Shown in pieces: positions 27,144 to 38,800 of a stretch of DNA of 60,000 nucleotides. Position 1 is the stretch's first letter. Each line of letters starts with the position of its first letter. Below the pieces are notes generated by a model. That model was not told where the DNA came from. It did no database searches and was given only the letters and a program-made list of their open reading frames with translations. Origin of the DNA: Laetmonice hystrix (Eukaryota); the NCBI GenBank assembly GCA_965235115.1, contig OZ249436.1, positions 38,008,001 to 38,068,000 on the forward strand, in the 5' to 3' direction. The translations under genes were made by a program, and so were the position numbers.

Positions 27144-27515
27144 CAGGGGCGCCGGAAGCAAATTATATGGGGGGGCAAGAGAGCTGAAGCGAAAGTCATA
27201 GGCTACAACATGTCTCGTAAAGCAGGGTCGGAGGCCCTCGCCATGAAAATTTTAAAAACTACACACCCTTTTGAGGCAGCAGTTTTGTTTATGTTTTGAA
27301 GGCGTGAATGAATAAATTACAATGTATCATTAGGACAATCGACCCAGTTTTTGACGCACCCAAGTCATGGTTTCAACAGGCCTACTGTATGTGGAAAAAC
27401 CTGCCTTTTTTCATTCATGATCACAGATTATTGGGGGGGGGGGGCGATGCCACCCCCAACCAGATCATTGAGGGGGCGGTCCCCCCTGCCCCCCCCCCCC
27501 GCTTCTGGCACCTAT
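27144..27515. mobile_element. MITE (CAGGGGCGCCGGAAGC type)
   Basis: CAGGGGCGCCGGAAGC / GCTTCTGGCACCTAT imperfect TIRs with typical G/C-run subterminal sequence; TSD unclear. Confidence 0.55.
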
Positions 27516-28844
27516 ATAGTTAATATGGTATTTATATACGCTCCATAACAGGTTATAGAATATCAGTACGAACAGACAAAGGCCGTATACGGTCCAGCCT
27601 CTCAAAAACTCTCTTGAAATATACCTTTTTGATCCCTAATTTCTGTTTCAGCTATTATTAGCATGGCCCACTGCATTTATATCAAGTTCATGATCGGACT
27701 TTTCCTGATAAGGCAGCTCCTATAGTGTTGTATAAACATTATGGAACCCATTCAAGGAAACATTTTGGCTGATAATGAGTTGGGTAGATTTAGTTGCCCA
27801 TTCTCCGTAATAAATACCTCTCATCCTAGATTAAAGACCAAGCGTATGTCCATGAGACGCTTTTCTCACAGTCTGAGTATTAACTAGAGTAGCCTATACA
27901 CGGTCAGTGAGTACTGTAAACATACCAACTGATCTGACAGACTTCAAAGGTTGGGTGCCGATGGATAAGAAAAGAATAGCATTTTCGCATTTTACTCTCC
28001 ACGTCTCGCATTCTCGCCCGTGCATGCTTTAGAGTGAAATCACGGGCTTCCACTGACCAAGTTCCCTACAAAGTACACATTAATTACAGGGTACAGGTCA
28101 ATGCATTAGGTGGTAGGCCTACTTATAGACTCGCGGGCTGGACAGCTTGAAAGCCATGATGTCGGATTAAAAACTTTGTCACCGCTCGTAAACTCCCGGC
28201 TCTATATCAGCCATTTCCACATTTAAGAATATAGTTTTAAGAACATCGAGTCTATGCACAAGTCGGGCCGTCGTTGCCATGTAGGTATAGAACAGATAAT
28301 TAAATGAACGCATGTAGGCCTATATGCACGCACAAATGTTCGTGCATTTCAATTTCAAAAGATATCTTTCCCAAAGATATCTTTGCCAAAGATGTTTTTT
28401 TGGACTAATTAAGTGCAGTTTGGATGGGGAGAGAGCGAGTGTTTCAATAAAAACCTCGCACCTGGCTCCAGCGAGGTTTTCAAAGATATCTTTGAAATGC
28501 CTACATGCATGTCCCATGCGCTGTGTGAACGCATACATGCATGTGCGCATATAGTATAGGCATATACAGATCTATAGTATAGGATTATAGATGTAAGTCT
28601 CTGGACGCATCTTAAAGGTTTCCTACGTTGATTTCTGATAAACACCTAGTGGACCCTAGACGTCTGCATGGTAAGCCATGATAGGCCTACTATCAGCAGG
28701 CAGCGTGGGGTGTTGATCGTACGAACCAATTACTATAGTAAACTGCAGGACCGTATGTGGACACAGCAGGCTAGCTCTCCGAGCTCCCGTGGCTTCAAGC
28801 GTCCAAAGGAACGCCCCCTGGAACTGGTTGACCAACTCGGTCTC

Positions 28845-28925
28845 TGATTGGCCCGAAGTGTGACGCTAGGGTGCTAGTCTGCGAGTCTATGTTCATGACG
28901 TCATGCCTCCGCGAGCATAAAAATA
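28845..28925 (+). promoter_or_regulatory. Candidate promoter of the death-domain gene: inverted CCAAT, CRE, TATA-like box
   Basis: ATTGG 28847-28851, half-CRE TGACG 28861, CATGACGTCATG 28894-28905, CATAAAAA 28916-28923; AP-1 TGACTCA at 29091-29097. Confidence 0.55.
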
Positions 28926-29140
28926 CCGGGCAGCCCAGCGTCAAGACATACAGCTCGTGTTTGGAGGTAGTCAACACACACGTGCTTGGTCGGACATAGA
29001 ACGTGTGTGCAACCACCGTCGACGAGATCCTGACAACGCTCTACTTTCGACCAGCGTGCATTCTTTTTCAAAAGTTGCGCCCGAGAGACATGACTCAGTA
29101 GAGTTTCTAGGAACAGTGAATATTTCAAACCTCACGGACT

Positions 29141-29582
29141 ATGTCCTGTTGCAGTCTGGATAACTCGGAATGCTTGCCCGACCCAGGGGATGAGTGGGCG
29201 TCTGTCGTGCGCCAAGTGCCCATTGACGCAACCTTATCGTCGTCTGCGATGCGCGACGTCACGCGCAAGCAGACGATGACGGACAAAAATACCGCGGCAA
29301 TGGCGATACAGAAATCAAATCGTCAACTTATGACCCACGGAATGGACTGTTGCCGGGTCAGATCGACGTCGTCATGGTTAACTAACAGCGTCACCAGTAT
29401 AATATCTGGAATTTTCCAGGTCTCTACGATGATGGCTGAAGCCGTTGTCCAGCACAGTGACAACCGGTCATTGGATATCGCTGTTATTATTTACCGGACC
29501 ACAGGACGATCCAGTCCATATCGGCCAAATCACCAGGGACGTGTTGTCGGTGGAAGTATAACCTCCAAGACAGTCATGCCAG
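29141..29582 (+). CDS. Death-domain gene exon 1 (5' end uncertain; internal acceptors at 29154/5 and 29419/20)
   Basis: ORF ends ...SKTVMP G|gtaagg, phase 1, joining in frame to exon 2. Confidence 0.7.
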
Positions 29583-30886
29583 GTAAGGCATTGTGCTCAA
29601 AGTGTTTTTCTACTTCTAGTTTTATTATATTTGTATATTTTATATTAATGTATTTACTTTTTTAATGGAGCCGTCATGTGGGCTCCTTCAATCCGCATTA
29701 GAAGAGGGTCGATGTATACCGTATTGTAAATGATCAGCTGATAGCTCCAGTGACGGCATAGGGAGACTATCAGCCGGGTCGAGTGTCCTTACCAATGCAC
29801 CTGTGAACCGAGCAAGCGACTGAGTGCGACCAGCACTTTTTAACGGGAGACTTGCGAGCCTGGATGCTAACATTCATAGGGCTAGCCCTGGCAAAATGCC
29901 CATGCCTTAATTGTATTAGCTAATAAATAAGTGCGAACGTTAAAATATCCATATATGAAGATTTTGTTCCGCCCCCTCGCCCAGTTCGCAAGGTAAACCT
30001 TGGGGGTACAAAGTTAAATTGTATTCACACTGGGACAACCTGACTACTGCCTGCGTCTGGTTGTATAGTTGTATACAAACCTGGCGCGCGTCCTTGTCGA
30101 GATGTTGCCACACGTCGCTAGTTGACCTATGTCAGATAAAGCCCTTTAATGCGATTATTTATGTTCTCATTGTTTATAGACATACTACTGCTGTATATTA
30201 ATTTATATACAAGGCCGTCGGAACCGTATGAATTGGCATCAGTCATTCATAATATGTGAATGCCTTTAAAAACGTTGCGTTACAAAATTACAAAGAATGT
30301 CCGTAATGGTTCGTTCTCTTTTGCTTCCGATAAACCTACCAATGTCATGCATGATTAAGTTCACTAAGTTCACTAAGTTCTGTCGAGGACTGTTGTTAGC
30401 GGGTTTGCGCCTCTCCTCGACTTAAAGGCGGTCGTACAAGAAGGATAGTTTCACTGCCTTTGTTCATAGATTAAAATCACGTCTAGATCTACATGAATTG
30501 AAGATAATTAGAGAACCAACCCACGGCCGTGCGGCCTCAGTCCATACCATGTTGTGGAACTGTTAAAAAAATCGTCCTTTTCACAAAAAGAGTCAGTAAT
30601 GTGTGACCTAAAATTTACCTTATGCATTCAATACAGTGTACAATAACTCAACCCATTCTTGACAAGAACAATGTTTTATATAACTTCAGGAAAGCTGAGT
30701 GTAAAACTTGTATCGCGCTACTTCGAGGCTGACACGGACAATGGGGAAGAGAGGAGCCTGGTAAAAACAGAAACTTTCCAAGGTCGAGACTTCGAGAAAC
30801 AATACGCCTGTCGATACACGGTACGTCAGACTACAACACCTGTCTCTCTCTGTCTCTGTCTCTCTCTGTCTGTCTGTCTGTCTCTC

Positions 30887-30933
<47 letters not shown>

Positions 30934-33900
30934 CCCCTCTCTCTTCCTTATTTCTCTCGTGTGATTCCTTCTGTTTTGAAGAGGTATTGTGACCTTGTAG
31001 ACATAATTTCCAAGTTAACACCGCTGGCCACATGGATACAACTTCTGTTAAATCGGTCTTATATAAATTATTACGCAGTCGCCAGGGTCTAATGCTGAAC
31101 AATCACCACTAATTACTATGGCGTCTCTCTCTGCGTTAAGCTAAGCTGTTCATGTAAATCTCTTCTAGAACAAACTTGAGCAGTAATATTGTGGGCGACA
31201 CATCAAAGTGTCTATCAGGTTCTAATCAGTGTCCACACGGTGTAGTGTCGTCAAGGTGATGCTAATTGGGTCATTATATCCTTAGCATTTTCATGAGCGG
31301 AAATTCTATAGCCATGGGTGACCGTGCTCAAACAACTTGTAGCGATCCCATTACGTCAAGATAATCGTTAGACACATCCAGAAGTAAACCTAAACTTTCA
31401 ACCCGCAGTGATCCAGGTTTAAAGATTTTCTCACACAGTCACGTTCCGTGACTTTATGTCTATATACTTCTATACGCCAGCTCGTATAGCTGCATAATTC
31501 CTCAGTGTCGGAAGTCTTTGTAACCAGCAAATATATTAGAATTAAGGTCAACTTGAGTGGAGTTGCCGCTGAAAGGTGACCATGGTAGTGTTGATGGCCT
31601 TGCTCGACTCGAGGGAGGTTACCACGTCTTATACGGGGATGGTAAACATACCGCCGAAATTCTCCGAATCGGTCCCTCTTAAGAATAAGTGCCCTCTGAA
31701 GATTTTGTACCAATATTATTTTGTTCACGTGTGCTGTAACAGAGGAGCCGGCTAAGAGCTCCATCATTATTCTGGGTTGACAGTGTCAACTGTTTATGGA
31801 AACTACCAACCGTCATAAGATATGCTAGGCCAATACTGCATGGAGGGCATTGCTAATTTCTAAAGTATAATCTTATCAGAACTTGTCACTCACTTTGACG
31901 AGGCCATAAGATATGTCATTGGATAATTATACATTAGAGCAGAGCTGCAAACCTCCGGCGTTGTCGAGAGGAGCATGCAGGATACCAGCTATTGTTACAA
32001 TCGGCCTACAAATCATATTTGGCAACTGTCTGTGTAAGAACGATCCAAGCTTAGTTGATAAACCTTCAGAAGATAACATTGCAGTATCAGTAGCCCTGGT
32101 ACGACCGGTCTGTGGTGATTCCATATTCCAGTCATAATGTGACCTCGGATTTAGCTATATAGACTACCTTTCTTTATAGCGATAAGCGTATTGACTCGCA
32201 CAGACCGACACAGAAGCAGAGATACGTGCAGACAAAGCCCAGGGGCGTTATATTTACAGAGATGTGTCGAAGATAATGGATAAAGTGTGGAGACAGCGGT
32301 GTTGTAGCGATAGTTGTAGTAATGCTAGGATTTACAGGCCTATGTTTGTCTGTTATCTGTAGAGGTATTGTAATTCCTTACTGTGATGTATAGGAGTGTA
32401 CTTGATCCAGGGTCGCTCCTGGAACGTTATCGGTTGATAAATGTATCAGGCCTATCTGTCGGCTGGTTCAGTGGGCGGGTCCCTGGAATGCATGTCCCGA
32501 TTTTTACGTAGGATGAAGTAGCATCATAACTATATCATGCATATCTTTTTTTCTCTCTTTCTCCAGACTGTTCCTGTCAGAGAGGGCGTCTTTGGCAAAG
32601 TTATCGTGGAACGAGTTCTGGAAGACGGCAACCGCGAAATCATCTTCGATTTCAACCTCACAAAGGTAGATATACATGTATTTTTCTCGTCCCATCAACA
32701 CCACTGAAAATAAAGGATTACATGTGTACGTGTTGGTGATTTTAGAAGGGAAAACTGGAGGGAACTACTTTACTGGGATTAATCTGTGATTCCGATAGTT
32801 CTAGTTCTTTTTCTTCTAGTTAACCTCCTTCTAGTTCTTCTAGTTCTTCTTCTTCTTCTTCTTCTTCTTCTTCTTCTTCTTCTTCTTCTTCTAGTTCTTC
32901 TTCTTCTAGTTCTTCTTCTAGCTCTTCTAGTTCTTCTATAGTTCTTCTTCTTCTTCTTCTTCTTCTTCTAGTTCTTCTAGTTCTTCTTCTTCTAGTTCTT
33001 CTTCTAGCTCTTCTAGTTCTTCTTCTTCTTCTTCTTCTTCTTCTAGTTCTTCTAGTTCTTCTTCTTCTAGTTCTTCTTCTAGCTCTTCTAGTTCTTCTTC
33101 TTCTAGTTCTTCTTCTTCTTCTTCTTCTAGTTCTTCTAGTTCTTCTTCTAGTTCTTCTTCTTCTAGTTCTTCTTCTTCTAGTTCTTCTTCTTCTAGTTCT
33201 TCTTCTTCTAGTTCTTCTTCTAGTTCTTCTATAGTTCTTCTTCTTCTAGTTCTTCTTCTAGTTCTTCTTCTAGTTCTTCTATAGGTCTTCTATAGGTCTT
33301 CTATAGTTCTTCTTCTTCTTCTTCTTCTTCTTCTTCGATCAGCGATGTAACTTGGCAGCAATATGTTTGTAGATTATTTTACTGAATGTTTCGTCTGTTT
33401 ATTGTTCACAGAGACGTGAAAATGACACAGCATGTTCCGTCGACGTGCTGCAGTCCCGTTACATGTACGACAGATGGTCGAGCCAACCACCCATTCTTCT
33501 CGCTGGTACGTATACTAGTTCCTCCATAAAACATTCACTCCTCATAACTTCTCTGGGCCATACAGAAAAATAAGCGCATTGTTATTGTCGTGCTAATCAG
33601 AAGCATATTTACGCCACGCGACAGTTTTTTGAGCCGAATTGTCATCGCGCCAAAGAAGTGCCCTTGGTAGATTCCAAAGTCTACTCTTGGCCTATCTGTC
33701 TGAACGCCTAGGCCTACAGAGAATATAAGAACAGTAATTGAGAGTGAAACTTTGAAAACGTGGCTTCTATCAGACATTTCCTCGTTTGGAGTCGGTCATA
33801 AAAACGATTGTTTTTTTATTCGTTGAAAGAGTCGGAAGTTCTGTTCGTATAATATGAAGCACTAAGTGGCCCGGTAGACACAAAGGTATAGGCATGGCAC

Positions 33901-35585
33901 ACGCTAGAGACATTGTTTTCCTCTTACGTGGACCCAATAAAGACTGTAATCTGATCACCCATTCTTTTACTTTCGATCAAGAGTAAAAAAATCAAGGCTT
34001 ATCTAAATTGGTGAAGAACAGATCTAGAGCCCTTGGAGGTTAGAAAAAAACCGAGTGGGTGGAGAGAGTAATGCCTGTCAGGTGCTTAGCTTGTTGGTAA
34101 CCAAATTGTTAACACGCGTGATAGATTAAACGATACCATTTGTAGAGTGTTTAGTGAAGTCAGCTTACTGTGGCAATAAGGTTTGATATATGTGGTCAAT
34201 AGACTATGGAGCGAACAATTTACAGGAACCTTGTACATGTTTAGGAGTTACACTGGCGGTAGCTATAGGACTATATGTAAGATTAAGCATATGTGCAAGG
34301 TTTTTACTGCAGTTCGAAGTTCCATATATTTTTGGTGATGTAGGTTTTAGACATCTCGTGGTAGGCCGACCTCAGTTGGTATATCTATAGATCTATAGGT
34401 ATTAGAGGGATCAACCCCATAAGTAGGCCTAGGCATTTCTAGACCTATCACATTTGTTATCAAAGTCGGAAATCCCTGTGTCTCTCTATCACGTATGCCT
34501 CAATTTAACATTACAGACCGTCTGCATATAACGGAGTCGGACAACTGGAAGCTTGTGGCCAGACACCTGAGAATACCAGAACAGGAAGTAAAAAACCTCA
34601 TGGGTCAGCAGGCCAAAGGTCAGAGGTCAGATCGGACGTGCGATCCGTTGACTGCCTTGATGGAAGCGTACAGAGCGAGGGCTGGCACGTATGACGAGTT
34701 TGTCGCAGCCCTGTACGAAGCAAGCCGTCATTTGTCATTTGGTTCCGATCTGAAGGCTACAGAGGATGGAGATATGAGGTCCATCAGTCAACAGAACTCC
34801 TTCATCTCAACAACGAGCGAAACTAGTGTGGCCTTTGAGGAGAGTGACGATGACTGGGATAGCTCTACTGTTCATCTGATTGGTAGGCTACATTTGGAGT
34901 ATTTTGTTAAAACATTAAGGGGGAGAATATCCCTTCCTAACAAATTGTTTTGAGATTAGATTTTTTTGGCAGCTGCAAGTTTATGCCTATGCCTATTATA
35001 AGTCAACAAAGTTCGATGTTTTACACATTTTATATCATATCTACTCATAGAAATATAGTCATATAAATAAATTCACGATGTCGAATTAATGACCATGCTA
35101 CCTTTTTTTACCTTTCAGATTCCACGTCAGACCCCCCGCCATTTCTGTCATCGCCCTTGCCCTTGACGCCTCCATCAACGCCCCGGAAACGGAAACAAAG
35201 CTGTTCAGATTCGGTGTCACCGTGGAAATGTTCGCCAATCAAACGCCTACGCTCATCGCCGTCATCAGACTCTGGCGTCTTCCGGTTTGATGACGTCAGT
35301 CAGCGCGTGTGTGACCGAGAACTGACGGACAGCATCGTGTGGCAGGTGTCGACACACGTCAACAACAAATGGAAGGCGGTCGGCCGCGCTTTAAAAATAG
35401 AGGAAGTGGAACTGATGTGCATCGAGCATGCGCATAGTAAAGACCTTCGGGAGTGCACCTTCCAGATGCTGCTCAGATGGAAAGACATGTTCCCGTCTAG
35501 GTTTACGTATGGGTCACTGTATACAGCTCTGTGTGAGGCGGGTCTTAAGTCACAGGCCCGTAAGTATTTGACGGTTCAAGAATGA
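29141..35585 (+). CDS. Tandem death-domain protein with an N-terminal UPA-like beta region (six exons, ~532 aa)
   Basis: join(29141..29582,30690..30820,32567..32665,33412..33505,34517..34882,35119..35585) = 1599 nt. All introns are GT-AG and phase-compatible (1,0,0,1,1) with one open frame. Two death-domain patterns: ILLADRL..NWKLVARHLRI and IVWQVSTHV..KWKAVGRALKI..FQMLLRWK..TYGSLYTAL. The start codon and first-exon extent are uncertain. Confidence 0.8.
30690..30820 (+). CDS. Death-domain gene exon 2 (KLSVKLVSRYFEAD...GRDFEKQYACRYT)
   Basis: cttcag| ... |gtacgt; phase 1 to 0. Confidence 0.85.
30841..30960. repeat. (CT)n microsatellite, intronic
   Basis: Direct read. Confidence 0.9.
32567..32665 (+). 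CDS. Death-domain gene exon 3 (TVPVREGVFGKVIVER...FDFNLTK)
   Basis: Long polypyrimidine tract ctccag| ... |gtagat; 99 nt, phase 0-0. Confidence 0.85.
32798..33337. repeat. (TTC)n/(TTCTAG) microsatellite in intron 3 of the death-domain gene
   Basis: Direct read. Confidence 0.95.
33412..33505 (+). CDS. Death-domain gene exon 4 (RRENDTAC...QPPILLA)
   Basis: ttcacag| ... G|gtacgt; 94 nt, phase 0 to 1. Confidence 0.8.
34517..34882 (+). CDS. Death-domain gene exon 5 (death domain 1 plus acidic linker)
   Basis: ttacag|AC CGT ... ATT G|gtaggc; inside ORF 34495..34953. Confidence 0.85.
35119..35585 (+). CDS. Death-domain gene exon 6 (S/T-P linker plus death domain 2, stop)
   Basis: cctttcag|AT TCC...; in frame with ORF 35157..35585; clear death-domain signature. 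Confidence 0.9.
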
Positions 35586-35656
35586 AAAAGATCTCCACAT
35601 GTCATACAGGGCTCTTTGTCGTGAGCTGCATTTAGATCGGCCTAAGAACGTTAAAT

Positions 35657-35831
35657 GTGGCCGTGCCCAGAGATTGGTGCAGGGGGGTTATTGGTGCACG
35701 GGGGGGGGGGGGGGGTTACAGTGGACGGATCCAAGTATCCAAAGACCTAAAAAGCCTTAAAAAAGAAATCTTTGGCACCTAGGGGGGGGGGGGTTACAGA
35801 AACCCCCCCAAAAAACCTGGGCACGGCCCTG
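35657..35831. mobile_element. MITE in the presumed 3' UTR of the death-domain gene
   Basis: GGCCGTGCCCAG / CTGGGCACGGCC inverted termini with G/C runs. Confidence 0.6.
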
Positions 35832-38800
35832 GTGTACGGGTGTATATCTCTACCGGCTTATTGGCCATCAGACTACTGTATATATAAGAGTAGGATCTCT
35901 GCGATCATCACAAGGATTGCTACGTGTTTCTGCCATTGTGTTTTGTTGTATTATAGGTTTATTTGTATATAGTTTATATAGTGCTATAATATATAAAATA
36001 TTGTCACCTTCGCGAGCATTCGAACAAAACATGTACATAAGTATTCTTAGGCCTGTTTTATATATTGATTTGTATATAACATGTCTCCTGACATTTCAAA
36101 CATATACGTAACGTTTTCCGTTAGATAATTAAACGTGGGCACAATACTAGGTAATGAGAATGAACAAATGGCTGGATAGCTTTAGGTTTCAGGGTGGAGT
36201 TCCAACATTTTATTAGCCAGGGCGGATCGCATGCCTGGTCGCCCACTAAACACCGTGACAACACGGGTGTAGAATTCTGTCCTTTGTCATTAATTGGCTT
36301 TTAGTGGGTGGATTATTTCTGGTGGTACGGGCCACTATAGACGAACACAACCCGAATTCACTCATCCCTTGTCCTAGCTATAATATACACCTAGTCGGTG
36401 TGGGATATATTGTCTCCCTGTTGTGTTGAATACCAAACAACCGTACATTTTGTTGTATTTAACTTGACAATGGTTTAGCAGTGTTATGCTCAAGTGGGCA
36501 GCGCCAGTTTTATTACGACACCTGTAAACGGTCGTAGTATGCCTATCTGCTATCATATATCTCTGGGTGTTCAAAATCTCGAGTTAATGTGTTCAGGGTA
36601 TGGCATGGGGTTTGGAAATGTGATGAGATAGGTGGGTATAAACGCTATAGTCTGTGTTCAGCTACAGAATATTCCTCAGATTCTGTGAGTGTTCAAATGA
36701 ATGTGTTCATTCCTAACCACAGTGGAACGGCTGGAAGAGGTTTCAGGAAAACGGCGAGCCTTTTATCACGAAAAAACAACATCAGTCTACATTATTGTTA
36801 TTTACGTATATTTTTCCATTGTTTTTGAATGAAAGAGTAGCCTGGATGAAGCATGGGTGGTGCGTTTGTGTGTGAACGTGTGAGGAGTGTAACTGTGCAC
36901 CAATGGATGTCAAGATTAAATGAATATTGTAATTATTATATTATAACTTGATGACTATACTATATATAGAAAGTCAAGTCTTGTAAATAATTGTAAATTT
37001 AGAAGCATTGGCTGAAAACCGCCCATTGTCAACGATTCTTCCTGGGAATATTTCAGTCCTTGAGTGTCTGTGATGGTTTAGTGGCCCTTTTATAGGTCCA
37101 TGTACAATGCACACGCCTTGATCAAATTCAGGTCTTTTTAAAAGATTATGATGATGATGATACTACAATTTATTGAGCATGTTTCGTCATGAAACGTTTG
37201 CTTTGCCTTATCGTAATTCCGTCCATGAATGTGTACAGTCAAGCAAACTATAGATCAAGAAGGTTTTTGGTGTACAGAGCAGATCACAGGAGAAAATGTG
37301 GAAATAAATGCGAAAGAATATATTTCTTACTTTCATAATTTATGATTTATGTGTTTTCTCTGACAAATTACTGCTACAATATAATAAAATACACGTAACG
37401 GAATGAGGGTCCTTCACTGCGGGAAAGTATGGAACGAGATGCCTGGCGCATGAATACGGCACAACATCGATTCGAAGGTGGAGTACCGTATTCATAGACC
37501 CGTCCAAGTGCAGAATGGAACATTTGCTCCCCCCACTTTCACTGTTAGAAAAATCGACACATAATGAGGTAGATCGATGTAATATGATATATCTCTGTGC
37601 AGACACGACAGGTTTGGCCTAACTCTGGAAATGTTGATGCAGTTGGATCCCTTTAACAAAGAAAAGAAAGAGAATAACACCAGACTTTCATAAATCTATG
37701 TATAACACACAACACCAGCACAGTACCTCCCGATAACTTTATCTGGAAACCTTGGAGAATATTGCTTGGAAGGATGGTGGTGGTGGTGGTGGGGGGGGGT
37801 TATTATAGTACGAATACTCCCACGAATACTCCCAAATCATTCAGAAACGCATGTGTTTGGATGCACAAGAATTTTCCATGACTAGCTCATAGCTCACCAG
37901 ATCAAATCCGAAGATGTCCATGCCCAAACGTGTTCGAGGGGGTGAAGATATAATAGCTAAGTTCTCAAGTGTTTGTGGTCGTTCACGGTGGGCTGGCAAT
38001 AACAAGCAGGTCAGTCATGTAGTTCTAACAGACTTGGAAAAGCTTGTGCTCTCGTCTCAACTTGTCACCTTCAACAGTGTCCCATCAAGGTGTCAACATA
38101 TTAGATCTATATAGATAATAAAGATATCAGAAATAGATAGAATATTGAGATAGTATAGGGGACCGACAAATTTGTTTATGGAATATACGTGGTTCCGTGT
38201 AGTCTTTCTCTGTGTTTTTTTTGTCTTTTTCTGTCTTCTAATACAGTTCCCTGAATTGACCGGTCATCCTTTCTCTTTTGCCCCCCCCCTCCCCTTGCGC
38301 TTTTCAAACTTTAGGATCAGCCCCGGGGGTTTATGTCTGGTTTAGACCAACAATTGCTGCACCGTCTGACCTGAGGTTACGCGAGATATCTTCACTCTGC
38401 TACACCTTCTTTTTAAGATAAGATAGGCCTAGTAGGATCGAGATGGTCTGTTTCAGACAATACCCTTGATCGCAGACACTGACACGTCTTCGCACGTATC
38501 AATGTTTAAGTGATATTTTCGTATCCAGGCCTGCAATGGCCCAGGTACGTGTGGAGCTATACAGCGATGTGCTTTCCCTACCTATATATATTTGATATAT
38601 GGTTAACTTTTATAAGTAAAGTCCTGATGAAGTGTACTATTTTTAGTCTAGTCCTAGCCTCTCTGCCCGAACCACCTCATCTCCCTTTGGACATGCCATG
38701 CATTTAAAACGTCAATAGGATGCTTTGTATATTGGTATAAATTAGATTTAAAATGACTTATCTTCCGATATAAGGAACCACATGTAGTGAACGCGAATGC

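Noticed and set aside
31390..31767. Nested antisense gene in the death-domain gene intron
   Set aside because: No domain signature or splice support.
33422..33505. ATG at 33422 as start of the death-domain gene
   Set aside because: That frame ends in phase 0 and does not join the phase-1 acceptor at 34517; the frame continuing from exon 3 does.
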